This document shows positions 45,326 through 53,026 of a stretch of 64,000 nucleotides of DNA, piece after piece. Under the pieces are notes generated by a model. It ran no database searches. It was not told the DNA's origin and worked only from the letters and a program-made list of their open reading frames with translations. Each line of letters begins with the position of its first letter. Within the stretch, counting starts at the first letter, position 1. The DNA comes from Limisphaerales bacterium (GTDB taxonomy: Bacteria > Verrucomicrobiota > Verrucomicrobiia > Limisphaerales > DSYF01). Made by a program: the position numbers and the translations under genes. Location of the stretch: assembly GCA_046290825.1 (NCBI GenBank), contig JBKBTZ010000003.1:9881-73880 (forward strand). Reading direction: 5' to 3'.

Positions 45326-45429
45326 GAAATCCGAATGACGAAGGACCGCTCAGGCCGCCACCTGCGGAATGAGCTTTGACAGGAAGCACGACGACACCGT
45401 CCCGGCGGTGAAATTCACCTTCGGATTTC
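45326..45429. repeat. inverted repeat GAAATCCGAA ... TTCGGATTTC with an about 82-nt spacer (family H)
   Basis: Arms at 45326..45335 and 45420..45429. A related pair lies at 63381..63429. Confidence 0.55.
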
Positions 45430-45606
45430 GACACTGAGTATTCATCCGCCCAGGCGGGCGGAGCGTTGCCGTCTTGGCCAGGTTGCGCATTTTCTTCATC
45501 CCGCGCATTGCGCCGCGCGGCATCGGGTTTATGTTGGTTTACCGGCCTGCGCGATGGAGCAGTGTCGGCAATTCAACCAAGGTCGTTCAACGGGAAAGGA
45601 TGCATC

Positions 45607-45900
45607 ATGACAGAGGAAGCCAACATGGAGAAAATCATTACCGACTTGAAGGTTTTGTCACGGGACGCGGAGGCTGTGCTGCACGCCACCGCCGGTCAGG
45701 CGGGCGACAAGATGGCGGAAGTCCGCCAGAAACTCGCCCAGGCCCTCGAATCGGCGAAGGCCACGTGCCACAAGTTTGAAGAGAAGGCCATCGCCGGGGC
45801 GAAAGCGGCGGACAAAACCATCCGCGCGCATCCCTACGAGTCCATGGGCGTTGCCTTCGGCATCGGGCTGTTGATCGGGGTGCTCGTCGCCCGGCGTTGA
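45607..45900 (+). CDS. ElaB/YqjD/DUF883 family membrane-anchored protein
   Basis: ORF trimmed to ATG 45607 (GGAAAGGA upstream). C-terminal signature HPYESMGVAFGIGLLIGVLVARR. Confidence 0.8.
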   Translation: MTEEANMEKIITDLKVLSRDAEAVLHATAGQAGDKMAEVRQKLAQALESAKATCHKFEEKAIAGAKAADKTIRAHPYESMGVAFGIGLLIGVLVARR

Positions 45901-45903
45901 GCC

Positions 45904-46290
45904 ATGAGCGACACTTCCAGTTCGGAAGGCGGACTGTTTGCGGCCCTGCCGCGCTTGTGGCGGACGCTCCGCCTGCTGGCCACCAGCCGCGTCGAGCTGT
46001 TCCTCCTGGAACTCAAGGAGGAACGGCTCCGGCTGTTTGACGCGCTGCTGCTGGCAGCGGCGGTCGTCGTGTGCGGGGCGTTCGCGCTCGGCCTGCTCAC
46101 CCTGACGCTCGTGGTGGCCTTCTGGGACCAATACCGTGTGCTGGTGCTGGCCTTGTTGACGCTGGCGTTCGCCGGCGGAGCGGGCGGCTGCTTCTGGACG
46201 CTGCGCCGCCGGTTACTGCGCTGGCAGGCGTTCGCCGCCACGCGTGAGCAACTCAAGAAAGACTGCGCATGTTTCACCGCCGACAACTAG
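45904..46290 (+). CDS. YqjE-like / holin-X (DUF1469) family membrane protein
   Basis: 128-aa ORF: RVELFLLELKEERLRL followed by two TM helices. Position after the DUF883 gene matches yqjD-yqjE. Confidence 0.65.
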   Translation: MSDTSSSEGGLFAALPRLWRTLRLLATSRVELFLLELKEERLRLFDALLLAAAVVVCGAFALGLLTLTLVVAFWDQYRVLVLALLTLAFAGGAGGCFWTLRRRLLRWQAFAATREQLKKDCACFTADN

Positions 46291-46571
46291 ACGCCCTCCA
46301 GCGGCGCAAGGAATTGCTGGTGCTCCAGTGCGACGCCACCCGCAGCCTGCTCACGCTCGAATGTCGCCGCCTCAAATCGCCCGGTCTGTGGCTGGGCGAG
46401 GCGGGGCGGCTCGCGCGGGAGCATCCGCTGTGGACGGCGGGCCGGGAAGTGGTGGCGGGGGCCGCCGTCGCCCGGATGGCCTCGCGCCCGCGCCAATGGG
46501 CCGGGTGGCTGCGCGTGGGCATGCAAGCGTTGCCGACCGCGCTCAGCCTGTGGCGGACCTTGCGCAAGTAG
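46269..46571 (+). CDS. YqjK-like small protein
   Basis: 100-aa ORF overlapping the yqjE-like 3' end by 22 nt. Arg-rich coiled N-terminus and a hydrophobic segment. Called mostly from synteny. Confidence 0.45.
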   Translation: MFHRRQLDALQRRKELLVLQCDATRSLLTLECRRLKSPGLWLGEAGRLAREHPLWTAGREVVAGAAVARMASRPRQWAGWLRVGMQALPTALSLWRTLRK

Positions 46572-46688
46572 GCGGAGACCTCTCCGCGAGCGCTGGCTCA
46601 GGGCGGACTCGCTGAGCCGGGTTCTTTACGCCGTCGCATCGCCCGGTGTTTTCCCTCCGCCGCCGACCGCCTGCTCCCGAGTCTGCGG

Positions 46689-46717
46689 TTGAATTCGCGT
46701 CCCCGGCGCAACATCCT
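46689..46717 (+). promoter_or_regulatory. putative kpsF promoter: TTGAAT-17-CATCCT, then 6 nt to ATG
   Basis: Hexamers read directly from the sequence. Confidence 0.4.
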
Positions 46718-46723
46718 CCGCGC

Positions 46724-47695
46724 ATGACGCACCTCGCCCGCGCCCGCGAAGTTTTCGATATCGAACTCGCCGCCGTCCGCGCCGTCCGCGCCCAACTCGA
46801 CGAGCAATTCAGCCGGGCCGTCGAGACGATTGTCGCCGCGCTCCGGAATCGCGCCAAGCTGGTCCTCGTGGGCATCGGCAAATCCGGCGCGGTGGGCCGC
46901 AAGATCGCCGCCACCCTCACCAGCACCGGCTCCACCTGCGTGGTTCTGGACAGCGTGGACGCGCTGCACGGCGACCTCGGCATCGTCAACGACGGCGACG
47001 TGGTGCTCGCCCTGAGCTATTCCGGCGAGTCGGAGGAGTTGTTGAACCTGCTCCCCGCCCTCAAGCGGTTCGCCGTGAAAATCATTGCCCTCACCGGCGG
47101 GGTGAAATCCTCGCTGGCGAAGCACAGCGACATTGTGCTGAACGTCCGCGTGCCCAAAGAGGCCTGCCCCTTCAACCTCGCCCCCACCGCCAGCACCACC
47201 GCCACGCTCGTCATGGGCGACGCCCTCGCGATGGCCGTGCTGCAGGCGCGCGGCTTCAAGCGGAGCGATTACGCCCGCTATCATCCCTCCGGCGCGATTG
47301 GCCGCGCGATGCTGCTGCGGGTCGGCGACATCATGCGCGCCGGCGACCGCAACGCCGTGGCCGCCGAAACGCTCACCGTCAAGGAAGCCCTCCTCGTGAT
47401 GACGCGCGCCAAGTCCGGCAGCCTCGCCGTCGTGAACGCGCGCGGCAAACTCACCGGCGTCTTCACCGACGGCGATTTCCGCCGGCACATGTCGAAGGAC
47501 GACGGCCTGCTCACCCGCCCGCTGAAATCCGTCATGACGCCCCACCCGATCACCATCCGCGACACCGCACTGGCCGTCGAAGCGTTGAAGATCTTCAACG
47601 AGCGCAACATTGACGACCTCATCGTGGTGAACGCGAAGCGCGAGCCGGTGGGTCTGGTAGATTCGCAAGACCTGCCGAAGCTGAAGATGATGTGA
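46724..47695 (+). CDS. kpsF: KpsF/GutQ family arabinose-5-phosphate isomerase (SIS plus 2 CBS domains)
   Basis: ORF trimmed to ATG 46724. Motifs GIGKSGAVGRKIAATLTSTG and SYSGESEE, plus tandem CBS domains. Confidence 0.85.
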   Translation: MTHLARAREVFDIELAAVRAVRAQLDEQFSRAVETIVAALRNRAKLVLVGIGKSGAVGRKIAATLTSTGSTCVVLDSVDALHGDLGIVNDGDVVLALSYSGESEELLNLLPALKRFAVKIIALTGGVKSSLAKHSDIVLNVRVPKEACPFNLAPTASTTATLVMGDALAMAVLQARGFKRSDYARYHPSGAIGRAMLLRVGDIMRAGDRNAVAAETLTVKEALLVMTRAKSGSLAVVNARGKLTGVFTDGDFRRHMSKDDGLLTRPLKSVMTPHPITIRDTALAVEALKIFNERNIDDLIVVNAKREPVGLVDSQDLPKLKMM

Positions 47696-47717
47696 CTTCG
47701 CCCGTCCCCTCCGCGCC

Positions 47718-48647
47718 ATGACCTCCACCCTCAAATCACTCCGCGCGCTGTCCGACCAAACCCGCCTCCGGCTGCTGGCGCTGCTGGAACATGAGGAGTT
47801 GTCGGTCAACGAGCTGCAGGAGGTAACGCGGCTGGGGCAGTCCCGCATCTCGACGCATCTGGGCCAGCTCCAGGACGCCGGGCTGGTGCAGTCCCGGCGC
47901 GAGGGCAAGCGCACCTTCTACCGCCTGAACCCGGCGGCGGACGCCACCGCGCGGGAGTTCATCGAACTGGCAATCCGCGGGGCGCGTGAGATGACCGAGC
48001 ACGAGGGGGACCAGTTGAACCTCAAGCGGCTGCTGGCCCGGCGACGCGAGCAGGCGCAGATTTTTTTCAACCAGGTGGCCGGGCGGTTTGACCGGGTCTA
48101 TGGCCCGGGCCGTTCGTGGCAGGCGTTCGGGCATCTGCTGTTGCGCATCCTGCCCCCGCTCGTCGTCGCCGATCTCGGCGCGGGCGAGGGGCTGCTGAGC
48201 GAACTGCTCGCGCGCCGCTGCAAACAGGTCATTGCCGTGGACAACTCGGAGAAGATCGTCGAGTTCGGCGCGCGGAAGGCCAAAAAGAACGGGCTGAAGA
48301 ACCTCGAATTCCGGCTGGGCGATTTGCAAAACCCGCCCATCGAACCGGAAAGCGTGGACCTGGTCGTCCTCAGCCAGGCGCTGCACCATGCGGAGAACCC
48401 CGCGCTGGCCCTGCAATCCGCGCATCGCCTGCTCCGGCCGGGCGGGGCGGTGATGATTCTCGATCTCCGGCAACATGCCTTCGAGGAGGCGCGCAAGCTT
48501 TATGGCGACCGCTGGCTGGGCTTCGCCGAGGCCGATTTGCACCGTTGGCTCGAGGCGGCGGGCTTCAAGCAGATCGAAATCAGCACCGTAGCCCGCGAGG
48601 AGGAACCGCCGCACTTCGAAACCCTGCTGGCCAGCGGAACGAAGTGA
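47718..48647 (+). CDS. ArsR-family wHTH fused to a class I SAM-dependent methyltransferase
   Basis: N-terminus LSDQTRLRLLALLEHEELSVNELQEV..SRISTHLGQL. C-terminus VADLGAGEGLLS (motif I). Confidence 0.8.
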   Translation: MTSTLKSLRALSDQTRLRLLALLEHEELSVNELQEVTRLGQSRISTHLGQLQDAGLVQSRREGKRTFYRLNPAADATAREFIELAIRGAREMTEHEGDQLNLKRLLARRREQAQIFFNQVAGRFDRVYGPGRSWQAFGHLLLRILPPLVVADLGAGEGLLSELLARRCKQVIAVDNSEKIVEFGARKAKKNGLKNLEFRLGDLQNPPIEPESVDLVVLSQALHHAENPALALQSAHRLLRPGGAVMILDLRQHAFEEARKLYGDRWLGFAEADLHRWLEAAGFKQIEISTVAREEEPPHFETLLASGTK

Positions 48648-48654
48648 GTCCGTT

Positions 48655-49155
48655 TCAGCGCGTTTCGCCGGGCGCGGCCTCGTCCAGGAACACGATCTTC
48701 GGCGCGGCGGGCTTGGCGTCGGCCATCCGGTCCATCAGGGTTGCCGCTGCCGGGGCGGGAGCGGGCTGGTCCACGGACGGCGGGCCGGCTCCCAGCGCGG
48801 AGCGCAGCGCGCCCTCCACGAGTTGCGCGCAGTGAATCTTCATGGGCGGCAGCGGGCCTAATTCGCCCGCCAGTTGCTCGGTTTTCAACGCCAGCGCCTC
48901 GGCGGCGGTCTTGCCGCGGATCAGCTCGGTGGCGAGGCTGGCCACGGCGATGGCCGTTTCGCAGCCAAAGGACTGGAAGGTGGCGCGGTCAATCACCTTG
49001 CGCCCGTTCTCCTCGCGAAACTTCACCCACATGCGCAGCATTTCGCCGCAGTCGGAATTGCCCACGGTGCCGACCGCGTCGGCGTCCGGCATCTCGCCGA
49101 CATTTTGCGGCCGGGCGAGGGCGGCCTGAAGACGTTCCTGAAGGTTTTCGTTCAT
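48655..49155 (-). CDS. IscU/NifU N-terminal-domain-like Fe-S scaffold protein
   Basis: 166-aa ORF with three scaffold cysteines in the expected contexts: NSDCGE, SFGCETAIA, IHCAQL. Confidence 0.8.
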   Translation of the reverse strand: MNENLQERLQAALARPQNVGEMPDADAVGTVGNSDCGEMLRMWVKFREENGRKVIDRATFQSFGCETAIAVASLATELIRGKTAAEALALKTEQLAGELGPLPPMKIHCAQLVEGALRSALGAGPPSVDQPAPAPAAATLMDRMADAKPAAPKIVFLDEAAPGETR

Positions 49156-49190
49156 GGCGGATCCAGCGTTGGTTCGGGAAAACAGGAAGG

Positions 49191-49739
49191 TCAGCCGCCG
49201 AGACGGTAGCGGCGCACGGTGGGGTCCACTTCCTGCGCCCAGGCGTCAATGCCGCCGCGCAGGCACCGCACGTTTTGCAGGCCGTGCCCGGCAAAATACG
49301 CCGCCGCGTCCAGCCCGTGCCGGCCCTGATGATCCACGATGACGATGGGGCGGGTGTTGGTGCCCTCGGCCAGCAACTCTTGCATGACGGTTTGCGAGAG
49401 CAGCACGGAACCGGCGATGTGGACCGCCTCGAACTCCTCGCGCGAGCGGATGTCCACCAGCAGCACCGCCGGATCGGTGGCGCGCCAGCGTGCGAGTTCC
49501 TGCGGTTCGATCAACACCCGGCGGTCCTCGGCGTGGCTGGCGCGTAGATGCTCGAGCACCTCGGCCACGGGCAGGTTGCCGTGGCGGGCGCAGACCTCGG
49601 CCAGCGTCTCGGTCGGCTGGAAGCCGCAACTGCTGCAGCCGCCAATGTGATAACGGCGGAACAGCGCCCGTTGCGCCCCGGGAAACGCCGCCAGCACGGC
49701 GCTCATCGGCGAATGGCCCGAAAGCTCGGTCTCGTTCAT
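49191..49739 (-). CDS. DUF1858 (redox-disulfide-like) domain fused to a rhodanese-homology domain
   Basis: ORF trimmed to ATG 49739. N-terminus VLAAFPGAQRALFRRYHIGGCSSCG. Rhodanese fold LLVDIRSREEFEAVHIAGS.., with the loop IVDHQGRHG carrying Asp where the catalytic Cys is expected. Confidence 0.75.
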   Translation of the reverse strand: MNETELSGHSPMSAVLAAFPGAQRALFRRYHIGGCSSCGFQPTETLAEVCARHGNLPVAEVLEHLRASHAEDRRVLIEPQELARWRATDPAVLLVDIRSREEFEAVHIAGSVLLSQTVMQELLAEGTNTRPIVIVDHQGRHGLDAAAYFAGHGLQNVRCLRGGIDAWAQEVDPTVRRYRLGG

Positions 49740-49746
49740 GCCGCGC

Positions 49747-49775
49747 AATCTGCCCGCGACCCGTCGCGCTGTCCA
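49747..49775 (-). promoter_or_regulatory. putative promoter of the rhodanese-iscU-like pair: TGGACA-17-CAGATT, then 7 nt to ATG
   Basis: Read on the minus strand (plus-strand tgtcca 49770..49775, aatctg 49747..49752). Confidence 0.4.
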
Positions 49776-49833
49776 CTGTGGCGCGGCCATTCATCGCTGG
49801 ACTTGGCGGGGGCGGCCCCGGCACCTTGCGGTC

Positions 49834-51228
49834 ATGAAAGTCCACTTCTTCGGGGCCACGCGCACCACCACCGGCTCGCTTTACCTGCTTGAGGTCAACG
49901 GCCGCCGCCTCGTGCTCGAGTGCGGCCTGTTTCAAGGGCGGCGGGGCGAGTCCATCGAGCGCAACCGGCGGTTTCCGTTCGACCCGAAAACGGTGGACGC
50001 GGTCATCCTCAGCCACGCGCACATTGACCATTGCGGCAACCTGCCCAACCTCTGCTGCCAGGGCTTCGAGGGGAACATTTACAGCACGTTCGCCACGCGG
50101 GACCTCGCCAGCATCATGCTCGAGGACTCGGCGGAAATTCAGCGGGCGGACGCAGCGTTTGTCTCCAAGCAGCGCGCCAAACAGGGGCTGCCGCCGGTCG
50201 AACCGCTGTATTCGGCGACCGACGCGGAGAAGGCGGTCCGGCAGTTCGTGGCGCTGAACTATGACCGGCCTTTTCCGGTGTGCGACGGCGTGACCTGCAC
50301 CTTCAAGGACGCCGGGCACATCCTCGGGTCGGCGCAGGTGGTGCTGGACATCCGTGAGCAGGGGCGGTCGTTTCGCTACCTGTTCACCGGCGACCTCGGG
50401 CGCGGGCGGGACGAAATCCTGCGCGACCCGGAGCCGGTGGAGAATGTGGATTACCTGCAAATCGAGAGCACCTACGGCGCGCGCGATCACGTGGCCAAAC
50501 GCGAGGCGGACGACGCGGTGTGCGAACTGGTGTGCGGGACGCTGCAGCAGAACGGCAAAGTGATCATCCCCGCGTTTTCGGTGGGACGCACGCAACAAAT
50601 GGTCTATACGCTGCACCAGCTCACGCTTGCGGGGCGGCTGCCGCGCGTGCCGATTTACGTGGACAGCCCGTTGAGCGTGAACGCCACCGAGGTCTATCGG
50701 CTGCATCCGGAGTGTTTCAACGCGGACATCTACGCCTTCATGCGCGAGAAGGCCAACCCCTTCGGCATGGAGAACCTGACCTACATCCGCGAGCTGGCCC
50801 ACTCGATGAAGCTGAACGACCTGCGCGAGCCGGCCATCATCATCAGCGCCTCGGGCATGTGCGAGGCCGGGCGCATCCGGCATCATCTCAAGAACCACAT
50901 TGGCAATCCGGCCAACCTCGTCCTGTTCATCGGTTACTGCGCCGAGCACACGCTGGGCGCGCAGATCCTCCAGGGCCGCAATCCCGTCAACATCTTCGGT
51001 CAACCGGTCAAGGTGGCCGCGCGGGTGGCCTCCATTGACTCCTTCTCGGGCCATGCCGACCGCACGGAGTTGACCGCCTACGTCAAACGGCTGACGGGGA
51101 AGATCAAGCGCATCGCCTGCGTCCACGGCGAGGAGGAGCAATGCCTGGCCTGGGCGAAAACGCTCGAGGGGCTGTTTCCCCACGCGAAGGTCTTCGCGCC
51201 CGAATATCAGCAGGTGATGGAGGTTTGA
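49834..51228 (+). CDS. MBL-fold beta-CASP family hydrolase (RNA-processing nuclease-like)
   Basis: ORF trimmed to ATG 49834 (MKVHFFGATRTTTGS). HAHIDHCG (HxHxDH) and C-terminal beta-CASP/RMMBL-like motifs (SGHAD). Confidence 0.85.
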   Translation: MKVHFFGATRTTTGSLYLLEVNGRRLVLECGLFQGRRGESIERNRRFPFDPKTVDAVILSHAHIDHCGNLPNLCCQGFEGNIYSTFATRDLASIMLEDSAEIQRADAAFVSKQRAKQGLPPVEPLYSATDAEKAVRQFVALNYDRPFPVCDGVTCTFKDAGHILGSAQVVLDIREQGRSFRYLFTGDLGRGRDEILRDPEPVENVDYLQIESTYGARDHVAKREADDAVCELVCGTLQQNGKVIIPAFSVGRTQQMVYTLHQLTLAGRLPRVPIYVDSPLSVNATEVYRLHPECFNADIYAFMREKANPFGMENLTYIRELAHSMKLNDLREPAIIISASGMCEAGRIRHHLKNHIGNPANLVLFIGYCAEHTLGAQILQGRNPVNIFGQPVKVAARVASIDSFSGHADRTELTAYVKRLTGKIKRIACVHGEEEQCLAWAKTLEGLFPHAKVFAPEYQQVMEV

Positions 51229-51558
51229 CGGGACGGGCGCAAGCCGAGGCCCGAAAAATCGAACGCGTCTGGCGCGAAGATTCCTCACCAGGCGCTGAGC
51301 GGCGGCGGCACTGTCCTGTTTATGGCACGACCACCGGGTGAAGCCGAAATCGCAACGGGAAGCCGTTTCTTTCTTCTGACAATCCCGTGGCAGCCAGCGG
51401 GAGCGGAAGCGTTGGCGGAGCGCGGTTTCCGGCGGACTGACGTGAGCGCGCAAAAGTGAGAGCGGAAACGCCCTTTCGCACGCCTGCGGCAAAAGCGCCT
51501 GGGACAGTTGGTTTGCGCAGCATGGCACTGGCGATGCTGGGAAGCGCCCCAACAGTCC

Positions 51559-52440
51559 ATGCAACACGGGCCAGCCAGCCGGGATTTCAAGGTCAGCCCT
51601 CTCCACGTCGCGCGCGTCGTTCTGTGTCTCTTGTTCTGCGCCCGCTTCGCGCTGTGTTCGCCCGCCGCCAACGGCACCAACAACTTCGGCGTGGACCAAG
51701 CCATCCGGCTGCGGGCCTTGCCGGAGCCGCCCGCGCCGGAGCCGGTGACGTTCATGGGCCGGTTCCAGGCGGCGGTGGACCAGCGGGCGGATGATGTGTT
51801 TGCCGACCGGCTGCATCCGCTCAAATGGATGCAGTGGGGGGTCAGCCGACCGTCCGGTTTCCCGGATTGGGTGCGGGACCGCACCGACCGCGCCGCGCGC
51901 CGCGCCCTCGGCAAGTCGCTCGAATACGGCCTGCGCGACGCGCTGGTGGACGCGGCACTGGTGGGCTGGGTGGAGGACCGCGCCGACGCGCTCGGAGAAT
52001 TCCTCCTCGGCTCGCTGGACGCGGTGGAGGAGGAGGAACTCGCCCCGTTTGAACTGGGCTACGGCGCGGTCGAGCGCGCCTGGTGGCGGAGCGTGGCGGA
52101 GCGGCGGTCGTGGCGTTACGGGCTGCGGCCGTTGCGGGCCGATCCGTATGCGTTTCTGAGCCTGCAGGTGCGGGAACGGGGCCGACCGCTGCTCCTCGGC
52201 CATGCCCGCTACTACTTCCAGAACCTGACCGACCACAAGTTTGAGCTGGCGGTTTCCTTCCCGCTGGCACACGGGTTCATGCTCGATTGCGGCACCTCCT
52301 ACCAGTTCGGCGAAAATCCCGACCAGCAGCGGCTGGTGGTGAAACTGTTCAAGCCGATTGGCGACGCCGGCCTGATCCACATCGGGCTGGATCTGCGGGA
52401 GAAGCCGGAAGTGCTCGCCGGGGTGACGATCGCGCTCTGA
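51559..52440 (+). CDS. hypothetical secreted protein
   Basis: Part of ORF 51508..52440. ATG 51559 gives a signal-like N-terminus (VARVVLCLLFCARFALCSPAANG). No family recognised and the start is uncertain. Confidence 0.45.
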   Translation: MQHGPASRDFKVSPLHVARVVLCLLFCARFALCSPAANGTNNFGVDQAIRLRALPEPPAPEPVTFMGRFQAAVDQRADDVFADRLHPLKWMQWGVSRPSGFPDWVRDRTDRAARRALGKSLEYGLRDALVDAALVGWVEDRADALGEFLLGSLDAVEEEELAPFELGYGAVERAWWRSVAERRSWRYGLRPLRADPYAFLSLQVRERGRPLLLGHARYYFQNLTDHKFELAVSFPLAHGFMLDCGTSYQFGENPDQQRLVVKLFKPIGDAGLIHIGLDLREKPEVLAGVTIAL

Positions 52441-52452
52441 GCACGGCGCGCG

Positions 52453-52938
52453 TCAATCGCGGAAGTTCACGAACTGGAGGGCAACCGGGAATTCCTTCGC
52501 CCGCACGGCGGCAATGACGGCCTGCAACTCGTCCCGGCTCTTGCCGGTGACCCGCACCTCCTCGCCCTGAATCGCGGTGGTGACCTTGAATTTGGCGTCG
52601 CGGATGAAGGTGGTGACCTCCTTCGCGGTTTTCGCGTCGAGGCCCTGTTTGATCTTGAGCACCTGCCGGGCATGGCCGAGCGGGGAGACGTCTGCCGGCG
52701 GACGCTCGATGTTCTTCAGGCTGACGCCGCGTTTGGCCAGCTTGCCCAGCACAATGTCCACCAGGGTGTTCACCTTGAACTGGTCCTCGGCGGCGAGCTG
52801 GATCTCGTTTTTCTCGAGCACGATGGTCGCCTTGCTGCCGCGAAAATCGAAGCGGCTGGCCAGTTCTTTGTTGGCCTGGTTGACGGCGTTCTCGATTTCC
52901 ATCGAGTTGACCTTGGAAACAATGTCGAAAGACGGCAT
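52453..52938 (-). CDS. YajQ family (UPF0234) nucleotide / cyclic-di-GMP-binding protein
   Basis: ORF trimmed to ATG 52938: MPSFDIVSKVNSMEIENAVNQANKELASRFDFRGS, the classic YajQ N-terminus. Confidence 0.9.
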   Translation of the reverse strand: MPSFDIVSKVNSMEIENAVNQANKELASRFDFRGSKATIVLEKNEIQLAAEDQFKVNTLVDIVLGKLAKRGVSLKNIERPPADVSPLGHARQVLKIKQGLDAKTAKEVTTFIRDAKFKVTTAIQGEEVRVTGKSRDELQAVIAAVRAKEFPVALQFVNFRD

Positions 52939-53026
52939 GGCCGAAGAATAGCGAGGCAGCGCGGGGGGCACGATGAAAAACCCCGCGCCACGGAACGCAG
53001 CGCGGGGTGGAAGACACAGGCACGCC

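Noticed and set aside
46572-46630. Possible terminator hairpins after the yqjK-like gene (GCGGAGA-CC-TCTCCGC; GGCTCAG-N10-CTGAGCC)
   Set aside because: The first has a 2-nt loop. The second is followed only by a weak T-tract (GGGTTCTTTA). This is not strong enough to annotate.
51229-51558. Possible SRP-RNA-like or other ncRNA (GGCAGCCAGCGGGAGCGGAAG)
   Set aside because: The conserved 4.5S motif GGAAGCAGCC and a matching helix are absent. I cannot support any ncRNA call from sequence alone.
49246-52380. 1044-aa minus-strand ORF
   Set aside because: It is antisense to the beta-CASP hydrolase and the hypothetical secreted protein, and it overlaps the rhodanese gene out of frame. Low-complexity R/G/A/P composition with no recognisable domains.
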